Positions 26,533-36,073 of a stretch of 64,000 nt of DNA are shown here, piece after piece. The DNA is from an uncultured bacterium (GTDB lineage: Bacteria; Patescibacteriota; Minisyncoccia; CAIUEV01). Where the stretch lies: NCBI GenBank assembly GCA_937952315.1, contig CALFZX010000016.1:78969-142968 (forward strand). Direction: 5' to 3'. The stretch's first letter is position 1. Every line of letters starts with the position of its first letter. Below the pieces are notes generated by a model. The model was given only the letters and a program-made list of their open reading frames with translations, was not told the DNA's origin and did not search any database. A program made the translations under genes and the position numbers.

Positions 26533-28338
26533 TTATTTTTTGAATTTGAATTTATAGGGATAATGTTTAGTGTGTAGCAGTTTTTCCGCTTTGCGACTCA
26601 ACGGACGATAAAGAAAATCTCGATAAACTTGCTCTACCACCGGATTTTTATGAGATTCGCGAATGGCCATTTGCTTATCCGTATCATAAATGGCTTTAAT
26701 CCTAGCTTTTCTGATCGTATCATCTGTCGGTATCGGCTGTCCCCCGCCACCGATGCATCCACCCGGGCAAGCCATAATCTCAACAAAATCGTAAGGGCAT
26801 TTTTCTTTTAGCACTTTCTCCACTATTTTTCTGGCGTTTTCCAGTCCGTGAGCCACCGCTATTCGGATCTCTTTGCCGGCCAAATTTATGCTTGCTTCTT
26901 TTATCCATTTTATACCACGAACTTCTGAAAATTCCAATCGCGGAAAACTTTTTCCCGTTAAATAAAAATGAGCGGTTCTTAGGGCGGATTCGGTTACTCC
27001 TCCACTGGCGCCGAAAATAAGACCGGATCCGGAGGGTACTCCCAGCGCGGGATCAAAATCCGAGTCGGGCAATTCATTGAAGGGAATGCGAAAATTCTTA
27101 ATCAAATGGGCCAGTTCTCTCGTAGTGAGAACAAAATCAATATCTTTTTGGCCGTTATTACAAAATTCTCGACGATCAATTTCGTATTTTTTGGCAGTGC
27201 AGGGCATTATTGAAACAACCACAATTTTTTTCGGATTGAGACCGTTTTTTTTGGCATAATAATTTCTAATTAAGGAAGCTAACATAAGTTGAGGTGATTT
27301 TGCGGAAGAAAGATGAGGGAGAATAGCGGGATAGTGTTGCTCTGCAAAAAGCACCCAGGCCGGACAACAGCTGGTAAAAAGAGGTAAATGACAACTGCTA
27401 TTTTTATTTTTGACTATTTCCAAAAATTCGGAACCTTCTTCGACAATGGTAAAATCGGCGCCCGTGACTACATCAAAAATCGTATCGAAGCCGCATTTTC
27501 GGAGAGCGGTAACCATTTTACCGGTAACGACGGTGCCGGGCATAAGTCCGAACTCTTCCCCCAGGGTGACTCTAACTGAAGGAGCGACTTGAGCGATAAC
27601 AATTTTGTCCGGGTCTTTAATAGCCCTGACGACATCGACTAAATTACTTTTTTCTATAATGGCGCCGGTTGGGCAATGGAGAGCGCATTGTCCACAAAAA
27701 GTACACTCCAAGGGCGTGTAATTTTCAGTTCCGATGCCTAAATTGATACCTCTTTTTTGAGTGTTCAGAGCTTTAACCTTTTGAATTTCGTCACAAGCTT
27801 TAACACAGCGACGACATTCAATGCATTTCGTGCTTTCTCTGGCGATAGAAGGGTTTTCTCGATCAATAACTCGACGACTTAAGTTGTCTCGCAATCGTTC
27901 AAGAGCTTCTTCGCTTTTCATCTCGGCGACTTTCGGAACGAATCTAAACTCGTCAATCGAATATTTAACGGCTAAATCTTGGAGTTCGCAATCTTGATTA
28001 CGAAAACAGGTGGAACAAAGTCCGGCGTGCTCCATAAAGAGCATTTCCAAGAGAGTATTTCTGATTTTTGAAATATCTCCGTCGTCTGTTATAATTTCCA
28101 TCCCTTCCATTGTTTTAACAGAGCAACTGGGCACAAATTTAAAATCTTCATTTTCTCCAAAGCGAATTTTCACAAGACAAATTCGGCAATAAGCATTACT
28201 TTTTTCGAAATCGGGATGAGAGCAGAGAGTGGGAATTTCGAATCCGTTATCTTCCAGAAAATCAATTAAGCCGATGCCGATTTTTGACTCAAAAAATTTA
28301 CCGTTAACTTTGATTTTTGTTTTCTTTTTAATCTCCAT
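26533..28338 (-). CDS. hydA: [FeFe]-hydrogenase group A catalytic subunit (2Fe-2S, His-ligated 4Fe-4S, 2x4Fe-4S, H-domain, fused small subunit)
   Basis: H-cluster motifs TSCCPAW, MPCTAKKYE, EIMACPGGCIGGGGQP; HAGLCSTC...C; CIECRRCVKAC; CTFCGQCALHCP; RESHKNP...LLHT. Confidence 0.96.
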   Translation of the reverse strand: MEIKKKTKIKVNGKFFESKIGIGLIDFLEDNGFEIPTLCSHPDFEKSNAYCRICLVKIRFGENEDFKFVPSCSVKTMEGMEIITDDGDISKIRNTLLEMLFMEHAGLCSTCFRNQDCELQDLAVKYSIDEFRFVPKVAEMKSEEALERLRDNLSRRVIDRENPSIARESTKCIECRRCVKACDEIQKVKALNTQKRGINLGIGTENYTPLECTFCGQCALHCPTGAIIEKSNLVDVVRAIKDPDKIVIAQVAPSVRVTLGEEFGLMPGTVVTGKMVTALRKCGFDTIFDVVTGADFTIVEEGSEFLEIVKNKNSSCHLPLFTSCCPAWVLFAEQHYPAILPHLSSAKSPQLMLASLIRNYYAKKNGLNPKKIVVVSIMPCTAKKYEIDRREFCNNGQKDIDFVLTTRELAHLIKNFRIPFNELPDSDFDPALGVPSGSGLIFGASGGVTESALRTAHFYLTGKSFPRLEFSEVRGIKWIKEASINLAGKEIRIAVAHGLENARKIVEKVLKEKCPYDFVEIMACPGGCIGGGGQPIPTDDTIRKARIKAIYDTDKQMAIRESHKNPVVEQVYRDFLYRPLSRKAEKLLHTKHYPYKFKFKK

Positions 28339-28350
28339 TTTTTTCTATGA

Positions 28351-29073
28351 TTAAGGCACTATTGTTTTCTCCGCTTCTTCGCTTTCATCCGACTCCTCTT
28401 CGAGTAAAGCTTCTTCTTCCTCAAGGGAGTCCAGCTCCTCCTCTGTCATCTTCTCTTCAGAATCAACCATTTCCGCCAGATAGTCTATTTTTGTCCATTT
28501 ATCATTAGTTTCATTGTAGCCGTATTCTTCGTAATAATAATCGAAAAATTTATCTTCTCCGCTGATCAGTTGCCAATCCTCCTCGCCCTCTTTATATTTA
28601 GCTAACTCTTTAAGTTTCGGTGCGTCACCGGAAAAATCTTCCACTTGATAGAGTGCTTTCATCCCACCAATTTCCGACTCGCTAGGAAAAATTTCCAAAT
28701 AAACAAAAGTGTTGCCAACAAAAGAAATGCCGGCGCTTGATATATCCCACTTATCATTTTTTGGCGGGAAAATCAATGTGTCCAGATTCTTTATTAAATA
28801 AGCGATTACCTTTTGTCTTTTATTTTCATCGGGTAATTCGTCAAGTTTTTTTTCTTCCTCCAGCGGTTCGGTGTCCTCTATCTCCACTTCTTCCGCATCG
28901 GCCTTGGATTGATCGGCCTGATTTTCCGACGGTGTTTGAAGCGATGGATTCTCTTGGTCTATCGGTTTATCTTGATTTTTATTTTTTACAGAATAGCCGA
29001 GCATTGCGAGACCGATGATCAAAACCGAAGCGCCGACCGACCAATAGATTTTTGAATTTTTAATTTTTTGCAT
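28351..29073 (-). CDS. Acidic membrane-anchored hypothetical protein
   Basis: N-terminal TM, D/E-rich linker and tail; no recognised motif. Confidence 0.7.
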   Translation of the reverse strand: MQKIKNSKIYWSVGASVLIIGLAMLGYSVKNKNQDKPIDQENPSLQTPSENQADQSKADAEEVEIEDTEPLEEEKKLDELPDENKRQKVIAYLIKNLDTLIFPPKNDKWDISSAGISFVGNTFVYLEIFPSESEIGGMKALYQVEDFSGDAPKLKELAKYKEGEEDWQLISGEDKFFDYYYEEYGYNETNDKWTKIDYLAEMVDSEEKMTEEELDSLEEEEALLEEESDESEEAEKTIVP

Positions 29074-29100
29074 AATCTTATTTTAATTCTTATTTAAAAA

Positions 29101-30879
29101 CTAATCGAATTGTCTTTCCACCTCGTCTCTTTTTTTTCGTAAAAAATCGATCCAAGCTTCAAAAGCTCTGATAATAAATTTAAACGGGGCCTCTACCAAG
29201 AAATCTAAAATGAAAATAAAGACATTGATACGAGAAAACTTGACAGAAAGAAGACGACCAATGCGGACGAACGGCAGGAGAGCGGTATCGAAAATAAGAC
29301 TGAAAATACCTTCTTTATCCTTTGTGACTACCAAATCACGAGTTGATTGTCTGATTAAGGCGCCAAAAAAACTGACCGTACCGGTAAAAATAAGGAAGAT
29401 TAGGGTGGCGACAATGTTAAAATTCAAATAGCCGAGCAATTTTATCAGAAGATAAAGCACTGTAAAGAGCACTGTGATGTAAAATAAATCAAGCATCCTT
29501 TCCGCCCAAGCGCTCTCTCGGTCGGAGATATTTATCGTTTTTAGCTCCTCTTCCAGCTTTGCTCGATAAACGAGAGTGCTGACGCCTTTTAAAATTTCTT
29601 TGGTGTTTTCTTCGTCCGGTTTTCGGGCGGAAGAGGCGATCAAGCTTAGTAAGATCGGTGGAAAAAAGAGATTGATTGCAAGTGATTTGTATTCTATTGA
29701 TTTTGCTTTGAGCATCATTTCGTAGGGGACTTCCAAGAGTATGGCTACTATCATTTTCGTTAAAAAAACATAGAGAATCCCGCGACCGATTCTTTTTTTC
29801 AGTTTTTTGCTTTCCGCCAAGTAACGCAAATTGCATTTGTTTTTAACTTTATCCCAGAGCAGGTATTCTTGAAGGGTAACGGCGCGCGCCTCGGCCGGAT
29901 TGTCCATCACGGCTTCGTAGAAAAAAGCGGAGCAGAGCATATATTTTTTAATCGGGAAAAGAATTTTTGGCATCAAAGGATGCTCGGCGATAACTTCCAT
30001 TTCAAATCTCTTTCTTTTTAACAATTTTATGGCTTCTAAAATTTCATTTTCATTTTGTTCTTTCAGGCTGGTCCATTTGGGAAAATAAATATTGAAAACC
30101 AAGAACCTGATCATGGCGCGATCCGATTTTCGCAGATTACGGAAAACGGCCAAGTAAATTAGCAGATTTAGCAGTTTTTTTTCATCGAAAAAACAATTTT
30201 TTTGAGAAGCTTTTTTCTGCTCTCCCATTATAGAATTTTCAATCGGTTCGACTAGTGATCCAACGCCCAAATATTCTTCCGCTAAATTTTGAACCCCCTT
30301 GATTTTTGAGCCCGGTAGAGGGAACGGAGGACGACTTAAGTTGAACTTGATTTTTGGTCTTAAAGTCTCATAAATAGCATAAATTAGGGCCATTTTTTCT
30401 TTCTGAGGATTGATTTGGTTCTCGATCTCCTCAGAGGCTAAGGAAAAAAACCACCGTCTAATTTTTAAATTTTCAGTGGCACTTTTTATTCGGCTGTTAA
30501 TAATTTGCAAAGCTTTGAGGTATCGAGCGATTATGTTTTCTACTTTTTCAAACAGCTCGTCATTGGCGTCAGACTGATTGATGTGTCCGGCCATAACTAA
30601 TTCTTTGAAAAGCGCATAAGCCAGATCTCGTTTGGTTTTTCTTTGTTCGATGTCCACCAGTCTTTTTAGGATGCGATAAATGGTGGTTCTACGAAGTAAG
30701 TGCTCCTCTTTGTATTGGACGGCACTTCTAACTTTTTCATACCATAAAGCCATTTGACCGGCAATTTCAGAAGTTTCCATTCTAAAAATGGTCTGCCTGG
30801 AGGTATTTTTCTCTTGAGCCGTCTTTTCCACGACTTCAAGAAAATATTCAACGGAAGGATTAATAATTTCTTTTGTCAT
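29101..30879 (-). CDS. Conserved hypothetical membrane protein
   Basis: 592-aa ORF; YEKVRSAV..KEEHLLRR, C-terminal TM helices, LDFLVEAPFK. Confidence 0.75.
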   Translation of the reverse strand: MTKEIINPSVEYFLEVVEKTAQEKNTSRQTIFRMETSEIAGQMALWYEKVRSAVQYKEEHLLRRTTIYRILKRLVDIEQRKTKRDLAYALFKELVMAGHINQSDANDELFEKVENIIARYLKALQIINSRIKSATENLKIRRWFFSLASEEIENQINPQKEKMALIYAIYETLRPKIKFNLSRPPFPLPGSKIKGVQNLAEEYLGVGSLVEPIENSIMGEQKKASQKNCFFDEKKLLNLLIYLAVFRNLRKSDRAMIRFLVFNIYFPKWTSLKEQNENEILEAIKLLKRKRFEMEVIAEHPLMPKILFPIKKYMLCSAFFYEAVMDNPAEARAVTLQEYLLWDKVKNKCNLRYLAESKKLKKRIGRGILYVFLTKMIVAILLEVPYEMMLKAKSIEYKSLAINLFFPPILLSLIASSARKPDEENTKEILKGVSTLVYRAKLEEELKTINISDRESAWAERMLDLFYITVLFTVLYLLIKLLGYLNFNIVATLIFLIFTGTVSFFGALIRQSTRDLVVTKDKEGIFSLIFDTALLPFVRIGRLLSVKFSRINVFIFILDFLVEAPFKFIIRAFEAWIDFLRKKRDEVERQFD

Positions 30880-30908
30880 TTATTTTTTAAAAGAGTTGAT
30901 TCGAAATG

Positions 30909-30980
30909 AGCCACCCATCGGAATCGAACCGATAACCTATTGTTTACAAAACAATTGCTCAACCATTGAGCTAGGGTGGC
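30909..30980 (-). tRNA. tRNA-Thr(TGT), CCA not encoded
   Basis: GCCACCC/GGGTGGC acceptor stem, ATTGT-TT-TGT-AA-ACAAT anticodon arm, GGTTCGATTCC. Confidence 0.95.
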
Positions 30981-31040
30981 GTAAGGCCTACCACCTCACC
31001 TCAAGATTCTAAGCTAAAAATAAAAAAAGATAAAGTATTT

Positions 31041-31361
31041 TTATCTACTAAGAGCTTCAATTGCTTCAACTAAGCCTTCTTCCGATTGCAGACCTATTTT
31101 CCGGTCAACTTCTTTGCCGTCGAGAAAAAGCACGATCGTCGGGATAGACATGACTCCGAAGCGAGAGGCGATAGACTGGTTCTCGTCTACATTCAACTTA
31201 TACACTTTGGCTTTGCCTTCAAGCCTTTTGGCCAGTGACTCTAAAATTGGTCCCATGGCTTGACAGGGTCCGCACCAAGGAGCCCAAAAATCAACTATCG
31301 TTACCCCCTTCGATTCGACAACGGATTGATTAAAATCCTTTTCGTTAATTTCCAAAGACAT
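31041..31361 (-). CDS. trxA: Thioredoxin
   Basis: VDFWAPWCGPC, VMSIPT. Confidence 0.97.
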   Translation of the reverse strand: MSLEINEKDFNQSVVESKGVTIVDFWAPWCGPCQAMGPILESLAKRLEGKAKVYKLNVDENQSIASRFGVMSIPTIVLFLDGKEVDRKIGLQSEEGLVEAIEALSR

Positions 31362-31384
31362 AATTTTTTAGTTTAAAAATTAGT

Positions 31385-31741
31385 TCAACCTTTTAATAAA
31401 TCATCTATAGTTAGAACAATAGCGTAGCCCAACAGACCAATGACCAGCCCCACCACTCCGGCCGTTACCGCTTTTTTCGCTCTTTCTATATTTCTATACT
31501 CCCCCTGAGCTGTCAAGTAAAGAATCCCGGCTACAATGAAAGAGATAACCGCCAAAATGCCGAAAATACTGAGCAACCAATTGAGAACTCTCATCAACAC
31601 GGAGGCGATGGGGTGATCTTCTCCCGCACCCGGATCGGGCACTCCGCCTTTTCCCGACCAACCGTCAAAGATGCTTCCGTAGAGAAAGATTTTTCCTTTT
31701 AGTTTATCCGACCAGCGGACTATTTTATCCTTAATCTTCAT
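31385..31741 (-). CDS. VirB2/TrbC-like (T4SS-type) pilin, copy 5
   Basis: Two TM helices joined by G..YLTAQGE...IERAKKA...G.VG. Confidence 0.8.
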   Translation of the reverse strand: MKIKDKIVRWSDKLKGKIFLYGSIFDGWSGKGGVPDPGAGEDHPIASVLMRVLNWLLSIFGILAVISFIVAGILYLTAQGEYRNIERAKKAVTAGVVGLVIGLLGYAIVLTIDDLLKG

Positions 31742-31767
31742 TTAAGCTGAATTAAAGTATTATTTTT

Positions 31768-32319
31768 TTATTGAACCATGTCGGGAGAAACGGGTAAAGC
31801 TCCTCCGCCCCCCGCTCCCGGACTGTACGGTCTTTGATAGCCACTGGCCGGATCATTCATGTTAACGGGATCTTGAGGAGTGGCCGAATCGTTTCCTCCG
31901 CCGGGACTGCTATCTTGATTCGGGCTGCCAGTATTTACACCGCGACCGGAGACGATAGAATCGATAGTTGAAACAGCGACAAACCCTAAAATTGACACGA
32001 TCACCCCAACTACCGCATAGAGAATGATTTTCTTAGCCTGTTCGATTTTGTCGCTTTCTCCCTGAGAAGTAAGGTAAATAAAGCCACCGTAAATAAAAAT
32101 TATAACGGCCAAAATCCCGATGAAAGTTATGGCCCAGTTGACAACGGAAGTCAAGATGGAAAAAAGGGAGCGATCGGTTAGGCCGGTTACTTTCAGTGAT
32201 CCCGGGTCCCATCCGTCGGCCCCGGCCTCCTTGAATAAAAGAAAAAGCAAACAAATAAAAAATAAAGAAGATATATTAACAATAGATTTTTTAGCTAAAT
32301 TTTTTTTCTCTTTTTCCAT
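31768..32319 (-). CDS. VirB2/TrbC-like pilin, copy 4, with Gly/Pro/Ser-rich C-terminal extension
   Basis: Signal-like N-terminus, GGFIYLTSQGESDKIEQAKKIILYAVVG, disordered tail. Confidence 0.8.
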   Translation of the reverse strand: MEKEKKNLAKKSIVNISSLFFICLLFLLFKEAGADGWDPGSLKVTGLTDRSLFSILTSVVNWAITFIGILAVIIFIYGGFIYLTSQGESDKIEQAKKIILYAVVGVIVSILGFVAVSTIDSIVSGRGVNTGSPNQDSSPGGGNDSATPQDPVNMNDPASGYQRPYSPGAGGGGALPVSPDMVQ

Positions 32320-32346
32320 TTGTTTTTTTAAATGTTTTTAAAAATT

Positions 32347-32640
32347 TCAGATGAATAATTTTGCTACAAAAAACAGAAAAATTGATAAAAGAATCATCCC
32401 GAAGGAAAGAAACAATGAATTATGGGCTTGGATCATTCTATCCTCATCGCCCGCTCCCAAAAAATAGGAAAAAAGAGTGATGAAAAGCATAACTGTTCCA
32501 ATGCCACCGACAAAGACAGAAACGGCCAAAAGAAACGGGGAAATAAACTCCGCTCGCGAAGAAGAAGCGGAAATCGAAGGAACACTTACATCCGCTTCTC
32601 TAAAATTATTACCGATAATTTCAAATAAAAAACTGAGCAT
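32347..32640 (-). CDS. Divergent VirB2/TrbC-like pilin, copy 3
   Basis: Two TM helices joined by YFLGAGDEDRMIQAH; sits inside the array. Confidence 0.6.
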   Translation of the reverse strand: MLSFLFEIIGNNFREADVSVPSISASSSRAEFISPFLLAVSVFVGGIGTVMLFITLFSYFLGAGDEDRMIQAHNSLFLSFGMILLSIFLFFVAKLFI

Positions 32641-32669
32641 TTAAATTTTTTCTATTTATTTCGCTAAAA

Positions 32670-33017
32670 TTAGGATCCTTGATTACCTTGAGTGATCATC
32701 TGGACAGTGTAGACGGCGACAAAGCCTAACATGGCTACAACCAAACCGACAATAGCGTAGGTCATGGCATTTTTCGCTTTTGTGACTTTTGCTTCGTCAC
32801 CGGCGGCGGTCATATACATAAAACCTGCATAAATAAACATAATAACTCCTAGAACTCCAATTGCCGTGATGGCGAAATTGATAAATTTCAAAGCCATGTC
32901 GAAAATCGATCCTTTGGCTATTCCAGGGGCTTGGCTCGCTACGCTGGTAAGACCCGCCTGAGCTACGGGAACAAATCCCAAGTACTTTCTGGCACTTTTT
33001 TCTTTTTCGTGATTCAT
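32670..33017 (-). CDS. VirB2/TrbC-like pilin, copy 2
   Basis: PVAQAG, AGFMYMTAAGDEAKVTKAKNAMTYAIVG. Confidence 0.85.
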   Translation of the reverse strand: MNHEKEKSARKYLGFVPVAQAGLTSVASQAPGIAKGSIFDMALKFINFAITAIGVLGVIMFIYAGFMYMTAAGDEAKVTKAKNAMTYAIVGLVVAMLGFVAVYTVQMITQGNQGS

Positions 33018-33042
33018 TTTTTTTCAATAAATTATTAAAAAA

Positions 33043-33372
33043 TTATTTAGTAATCATATCAATCGTCTTGACGACCACAAATCCCATTAAAGAAACGATT
33101 ATACCTACGATGGCATATGTCATAGTGCTTTTGGCTTTACTGATCTTCGATTCGTCTCCGCTGGCCGTTAAGTACATAAAGCCGGCGTAAATGAAAATTA
33201 TAACAGCCAAGACACCAATAGCGGTAATGGAAAAATCAATAAATTTAGTTGCTATTGTAAAAAAATTACCTCTTGGCATCTCAACATCATCCAAACCATC
33301 ACCAAATCCAGCTTGGGCGATCGGAAATAGCGATAATAGGTTTACAGTCCATTCCTCTCTTTTTGTTTTCAT
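33043..33372 (-). CDS. VirB2/TrbC-like pilin, copy 1
   Basis: PIAQAG, AGFMYLTASGDESKISKAKSTMTYAIVG. Confidence 0.85.
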   Translation of the reverse strand: MKTKREEWTVNLLSLFPIAQAGFGDGLDDVEMPRGNFFTIATKFIDFSITAIGVLAVIIFIYAGFMYLTASGDESKISKAKSTMTYAIVGIIVSLMGFVVVKTIDMITK

Positions 33373-33449
33373 TTTTTTTGTTTAAAAATTTTTAATAATT
33401 ATTTCTTCTGCAAAAAATTGGCAAAAAAGATAATTATTAAAAATCGATC

Positions 33450-33478
33450 TGGTCTCGGGCTTTAAAAACCCGAGACCA
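33450..33478 (-). terminator. Strong hairpin after khpA (terminator or attenuator before the pilin array)
   Basis: TGGTCTCGGG-N9-CCCGAGACCA perfect 10-bp stem; the T-run is displaced by about 6 nt. Confidence 0.55.
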
Positions 33479-33490
33479 AGCTTTCGATTT

Positions 33491-33847
33491 CTAAAGTTTC
33501 AAGTCACTAACTACTTCGTCAATTTCACGATTGCTGTTCTCTTCTGAGGGTTTTTCCTCTCGAACAGTGTCCTTGTCCTCTCTTCTTGGTCGGCGACCAC
33601 CTTCTGGCTCGCTAATCTTTAAGTTCACTCGAGCATTGTTTCGTGCTCCCACCACTCGAAGAAGAGTTCTTAAAGCTTTGGCCGTGCTTCCGTCTCGACC
33701 AATAACCATTCCCATGTCCTCGGGATGAACGCTGAGAGTCACTAAAACTCCCATTTCGTCGACTCTTCTTTCCGCTTTTACTTCTTCCGGGTGGTCGACG
33801 ATGGATTTAACCACGAACTCCACAAATTCGGCGTCTTTCGGTGTCAT
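33491..33847 (-). CDS. khpA: KH-domain RNA-binding protein (KhpA/YlqC)
   Basis: VKSIVDHPEEV, V.PEDMGMVIGRDGSTAKALRTL. Confidence 0.9.
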   Translation of the reverse strand: MTPKDAEFVEFVVKSIVDHPEEVKAERRVDEMGVLVTLSVHPEDMGMVIGRDGSTAKALRTLLRVVGARNNARVNLKISEPEGGRRPRREDKDTVREEKPSEENSNREIDEVVSDLKL

Positions 33848-33889
33848 CTTGTCAAATTTAAGGATTAAATTTATCTGACTTATATAATA

Positions 33890-33918
33890 AAATTAAATGA
33901 CTATTTTTTACCTGTCAA
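33890..33918 (-). promoter_or_regulatory. Candidate sigma70 promoter for khpA
   Basis: TTGACA-N17-TAATTT on the minus strand, about 40 bp upstream of the ATG. Confidence 0.5.
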
Positions 33919-33929
33919 AATATTTTGGC

Positions 33930-34382
33930 TTATTTTATGAAAACACAGTAAGAATCATTGCCGGCCGGCCCACCCGTGTCGGTATTGGCGCATTGAGTAC
34001 CTTCCAATAAGCAAGTGGCGCATATTCGATAGAGCCCGTAATTTGGCGCCCCGGTGCAATTGCAGGTAGTGCAATTGCAGAGAGTGTAGACCGTCGATCC
34101 GTCTTCTTGATTAGATACATTGTCAATCAATTGAGCGCTTACCAAAGAATTCATCATAGTTGACCAATTATCCATAGTTGGCCAAGTTCCCTTCATCGAA
34201 TAATACATGGAAAGAGACCCTCTGACATTTTCTACATTGGACATTCTCCTAGTGTCTTTTGCGTTCTTCTGTGATCTTGAAAAAGAAGTAATCATAAGAG
34301 CGGTCAGAATACCGATTATTGCGATAACAACGAGCATTTCAATTAGGGTGAACGCTGATTTTTGTTTTTTTGTTTTTGTCAT
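33930..34382 (-). CDS. Type IV pilin/pseudopilin with Cys-rich head
   Basis: Class III signal KKQKSA|FTLIEMLVVIAIIG, AKDTRR; 8 Cys in the C-terminal ~50 aa. Confidence 0.88.
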   Translation of the reverse strand: MTKTKKQKSAFTLIEMLVVIAIIGILTALMITSFSRSQKNAKDTRRMSNVENVRGSLSMYYSMKGTWPTMDNWSTMMNSLVSAQLIDNVSNQEDGSTVYTLCNCTTCNCTGAPNYGLYRICATCLLEGTQCANTDTGGPAGNDSYCVFIK

Positions 34383-34390
34383 TTTTAAAA

Positions 34391-35659
34391 TTAAAAATCT
34401 TTTAGTTTTTCCGCTAAGCCGTGCTTCCTTAATCTTTCCAAAGCTTTAGCCTCGATTTGTCGAATTCTTTCTCGAGTGACACCGAATTTATGCCCGACTT
34501 CTTCCAGCGTTCGAGTGACACCATCCTCCAAACCGAACCGAATACTTAAGATCTTTTTTTCGCGCAAAGTTAAATCGGAAAGAGCGTCTTTTAATTGTTC
34601 TCTCAATAAAGTATGACTGGCAATCTGGGTTGGCAAATTGACTTCTTCGTCGGGGATAAAATCACCCAAGACGGTTGTGTCCTCGTTATCGCTGTCACCG
34701 ACGCTGGTTTCCAAGGAAATCGTTTCCTGAGATATTTTTTGAATATGCAAGGCGCGTTCCGTATCGATACCCAATTCGGCGGCGATTTCCTCCGGAAAGG
34801 GTTCTCGACCTAGCTCTTGAACTAAACGACGACTGGCCTGAGTGTATTTGTTAATGGTTTCGACCATGTGGACGGGGATACGAATGGTTCTTGATTGGTC
34901 GGCTAGAGCTCTGGTTATAGCTTGACGAATCCACCAAGTAGCATAAGTAGAAAATTTATAGCCTTTTCGGTAGTCGAATTTTTCTACGGCGCGGAAAAGG
35001 CCAAGATTACCTTCCTGGATTAAGTCCAGTAAGCTCAAGCTACTTGATCGGCCGACATATTTTTTTGCGATGCTGACGACCAACCTCAAGTTAGCTTCGG
35101 TTAATCTTTGCCGAGCCAATTTATCTCCCTTTTCAATTCTTTTGGCCAGCACAACTTCCTCCTCCGATGAAAGCAACTTGACTTTTCCGATTTCCCGCAA
35201 ATACATTTGAATGGTATCTCCGCCTAGAGGTTCGTCCTGTGAAACTTTTTTGTTTTTCTTGCTTTTTTTCGGCTCCTTTTTTTCACGAGTTTCGTCGAGC
35301 AACTCCGCCTCGCCCTCGACTATTTCAACGCCGGCCAAAGAAAGATTCTTGTAAAGTTCTTCTATCATTTCTATTTGTTCTTCCGTTTCCGGCACCACCT
35401 CAAGAATTTCCGCTTCGGTGACAAAGCCCCTTTGCTTTCCCTCTTGGATCAAACTTTCAATCTTGTGTTTATGCAAATCCGCAGTTTTATTCGGCTTTTT
35501 TTCTTTTAGTTGCCGTTTGTTGTTTTTGATAACGGATTTGTTCGGTTTTTTGACATTTTTTATTTTTTCCGACGATTTTTTTAATTTAACCTCTTTTTTT
35601 TGAGGATTTTTCTTTATTACCTTGGCGGTTTTTTTTGAACCTTCTTTGGTTTTCTTCAT
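34391..35659 (-). CDS. rpoD: Primary RNA polymerase sigma70 factor
   Basis: Region 1.1 [53 protein letters not shown]. Confidence 0.96.
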   Translation of the reverse strand: MKKTKEGSKKTAKVIKKNPQKKEVKLKKSSEKIKNVKKPNKSVIKNNKRQLKEKKPNKTADLHKHKIESLIQEGKQRGFVTEAEILEVVPETEEQIEMIEELYKNLSLAGVEIVEGEAELLDETREKKEPKKSKKNKKVSQDEPLGGDTIQMYLREIGKVKLLSSEEEVVLAKRIEKGDKLARQRLTEANLRLVVSIAKKYVGRSSSLSLLDLIQEGNLGLFRAVEKFDYRKGYKFSTYATWWIRQAITRALADQSRTIRIPVHMVETINKYTQASRRLVQELGREPFPEEIAAELGIDTERALHIQKISQETISLETSVGDSDNEDTTVLGDFIPDEEVNLPTQIASHTLLREQLKDALSDLTLREKKILSIRFGLEDGVTRTLEEVGHKFGVTRERIRQIEAKALERLRKHGLAEKLKDF

Positions 35660-35689
35660 GAGAAATAGTAAAATTAAAAGAGATCGTTA

Positions 35690-36055
35690 TTATTCCTTCC
35701 GTTCCTTGCAACGGATACAAACTTGGGCTTGCGGTCGAACGGCCAATCTTTCCCAAGGAATATCTTCATTACAGTTTTCACATCGTCCGTAAGAGCCATT
35801 TTCAATTTTTGTCAAGGCTTTTTCCACTGAGGCAAGTTCTTCTTCCAGCGAGTGCTCGCGCGAAATATTTTGTTCATATTCCGTTACTTCTTCCGCGTTA
35901 TCGTCAATTTCATCACCTAAATTGGGAAAAGGTGTTTTATAATTGCCTTCGATCGCATTATCTTTTTTGGCGAATCGGGAAAGTTGTTCTTCGATATTGG
36001 ATTTTTCTGCCAGTAATTTTTCTTTGGCAATCTTGATTTGTTCCTCGGTTAGCAT
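35690..36055 (-). CDS. DksA/TraR C4-type zinc-finger protein
   Basis: Coiled coil with DEIDDNA, GSYGRCENC...RL...P....CIRC. Confidence 0.9.
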   Translation of the reverse strand: MLTEEQIKIAKEKLLAEKSNIEEQLSRFAKKDNAIEGNYKTPFPNLGDEIDDNAEEVTEYEQNISREHSLEEELASVEKALTKIENGSYGRCENCNEDIPWERLAVRPQAQVCIRCKERKE

Positions 36056-36073
36056 TTGTGAAAATTAAAAAAC

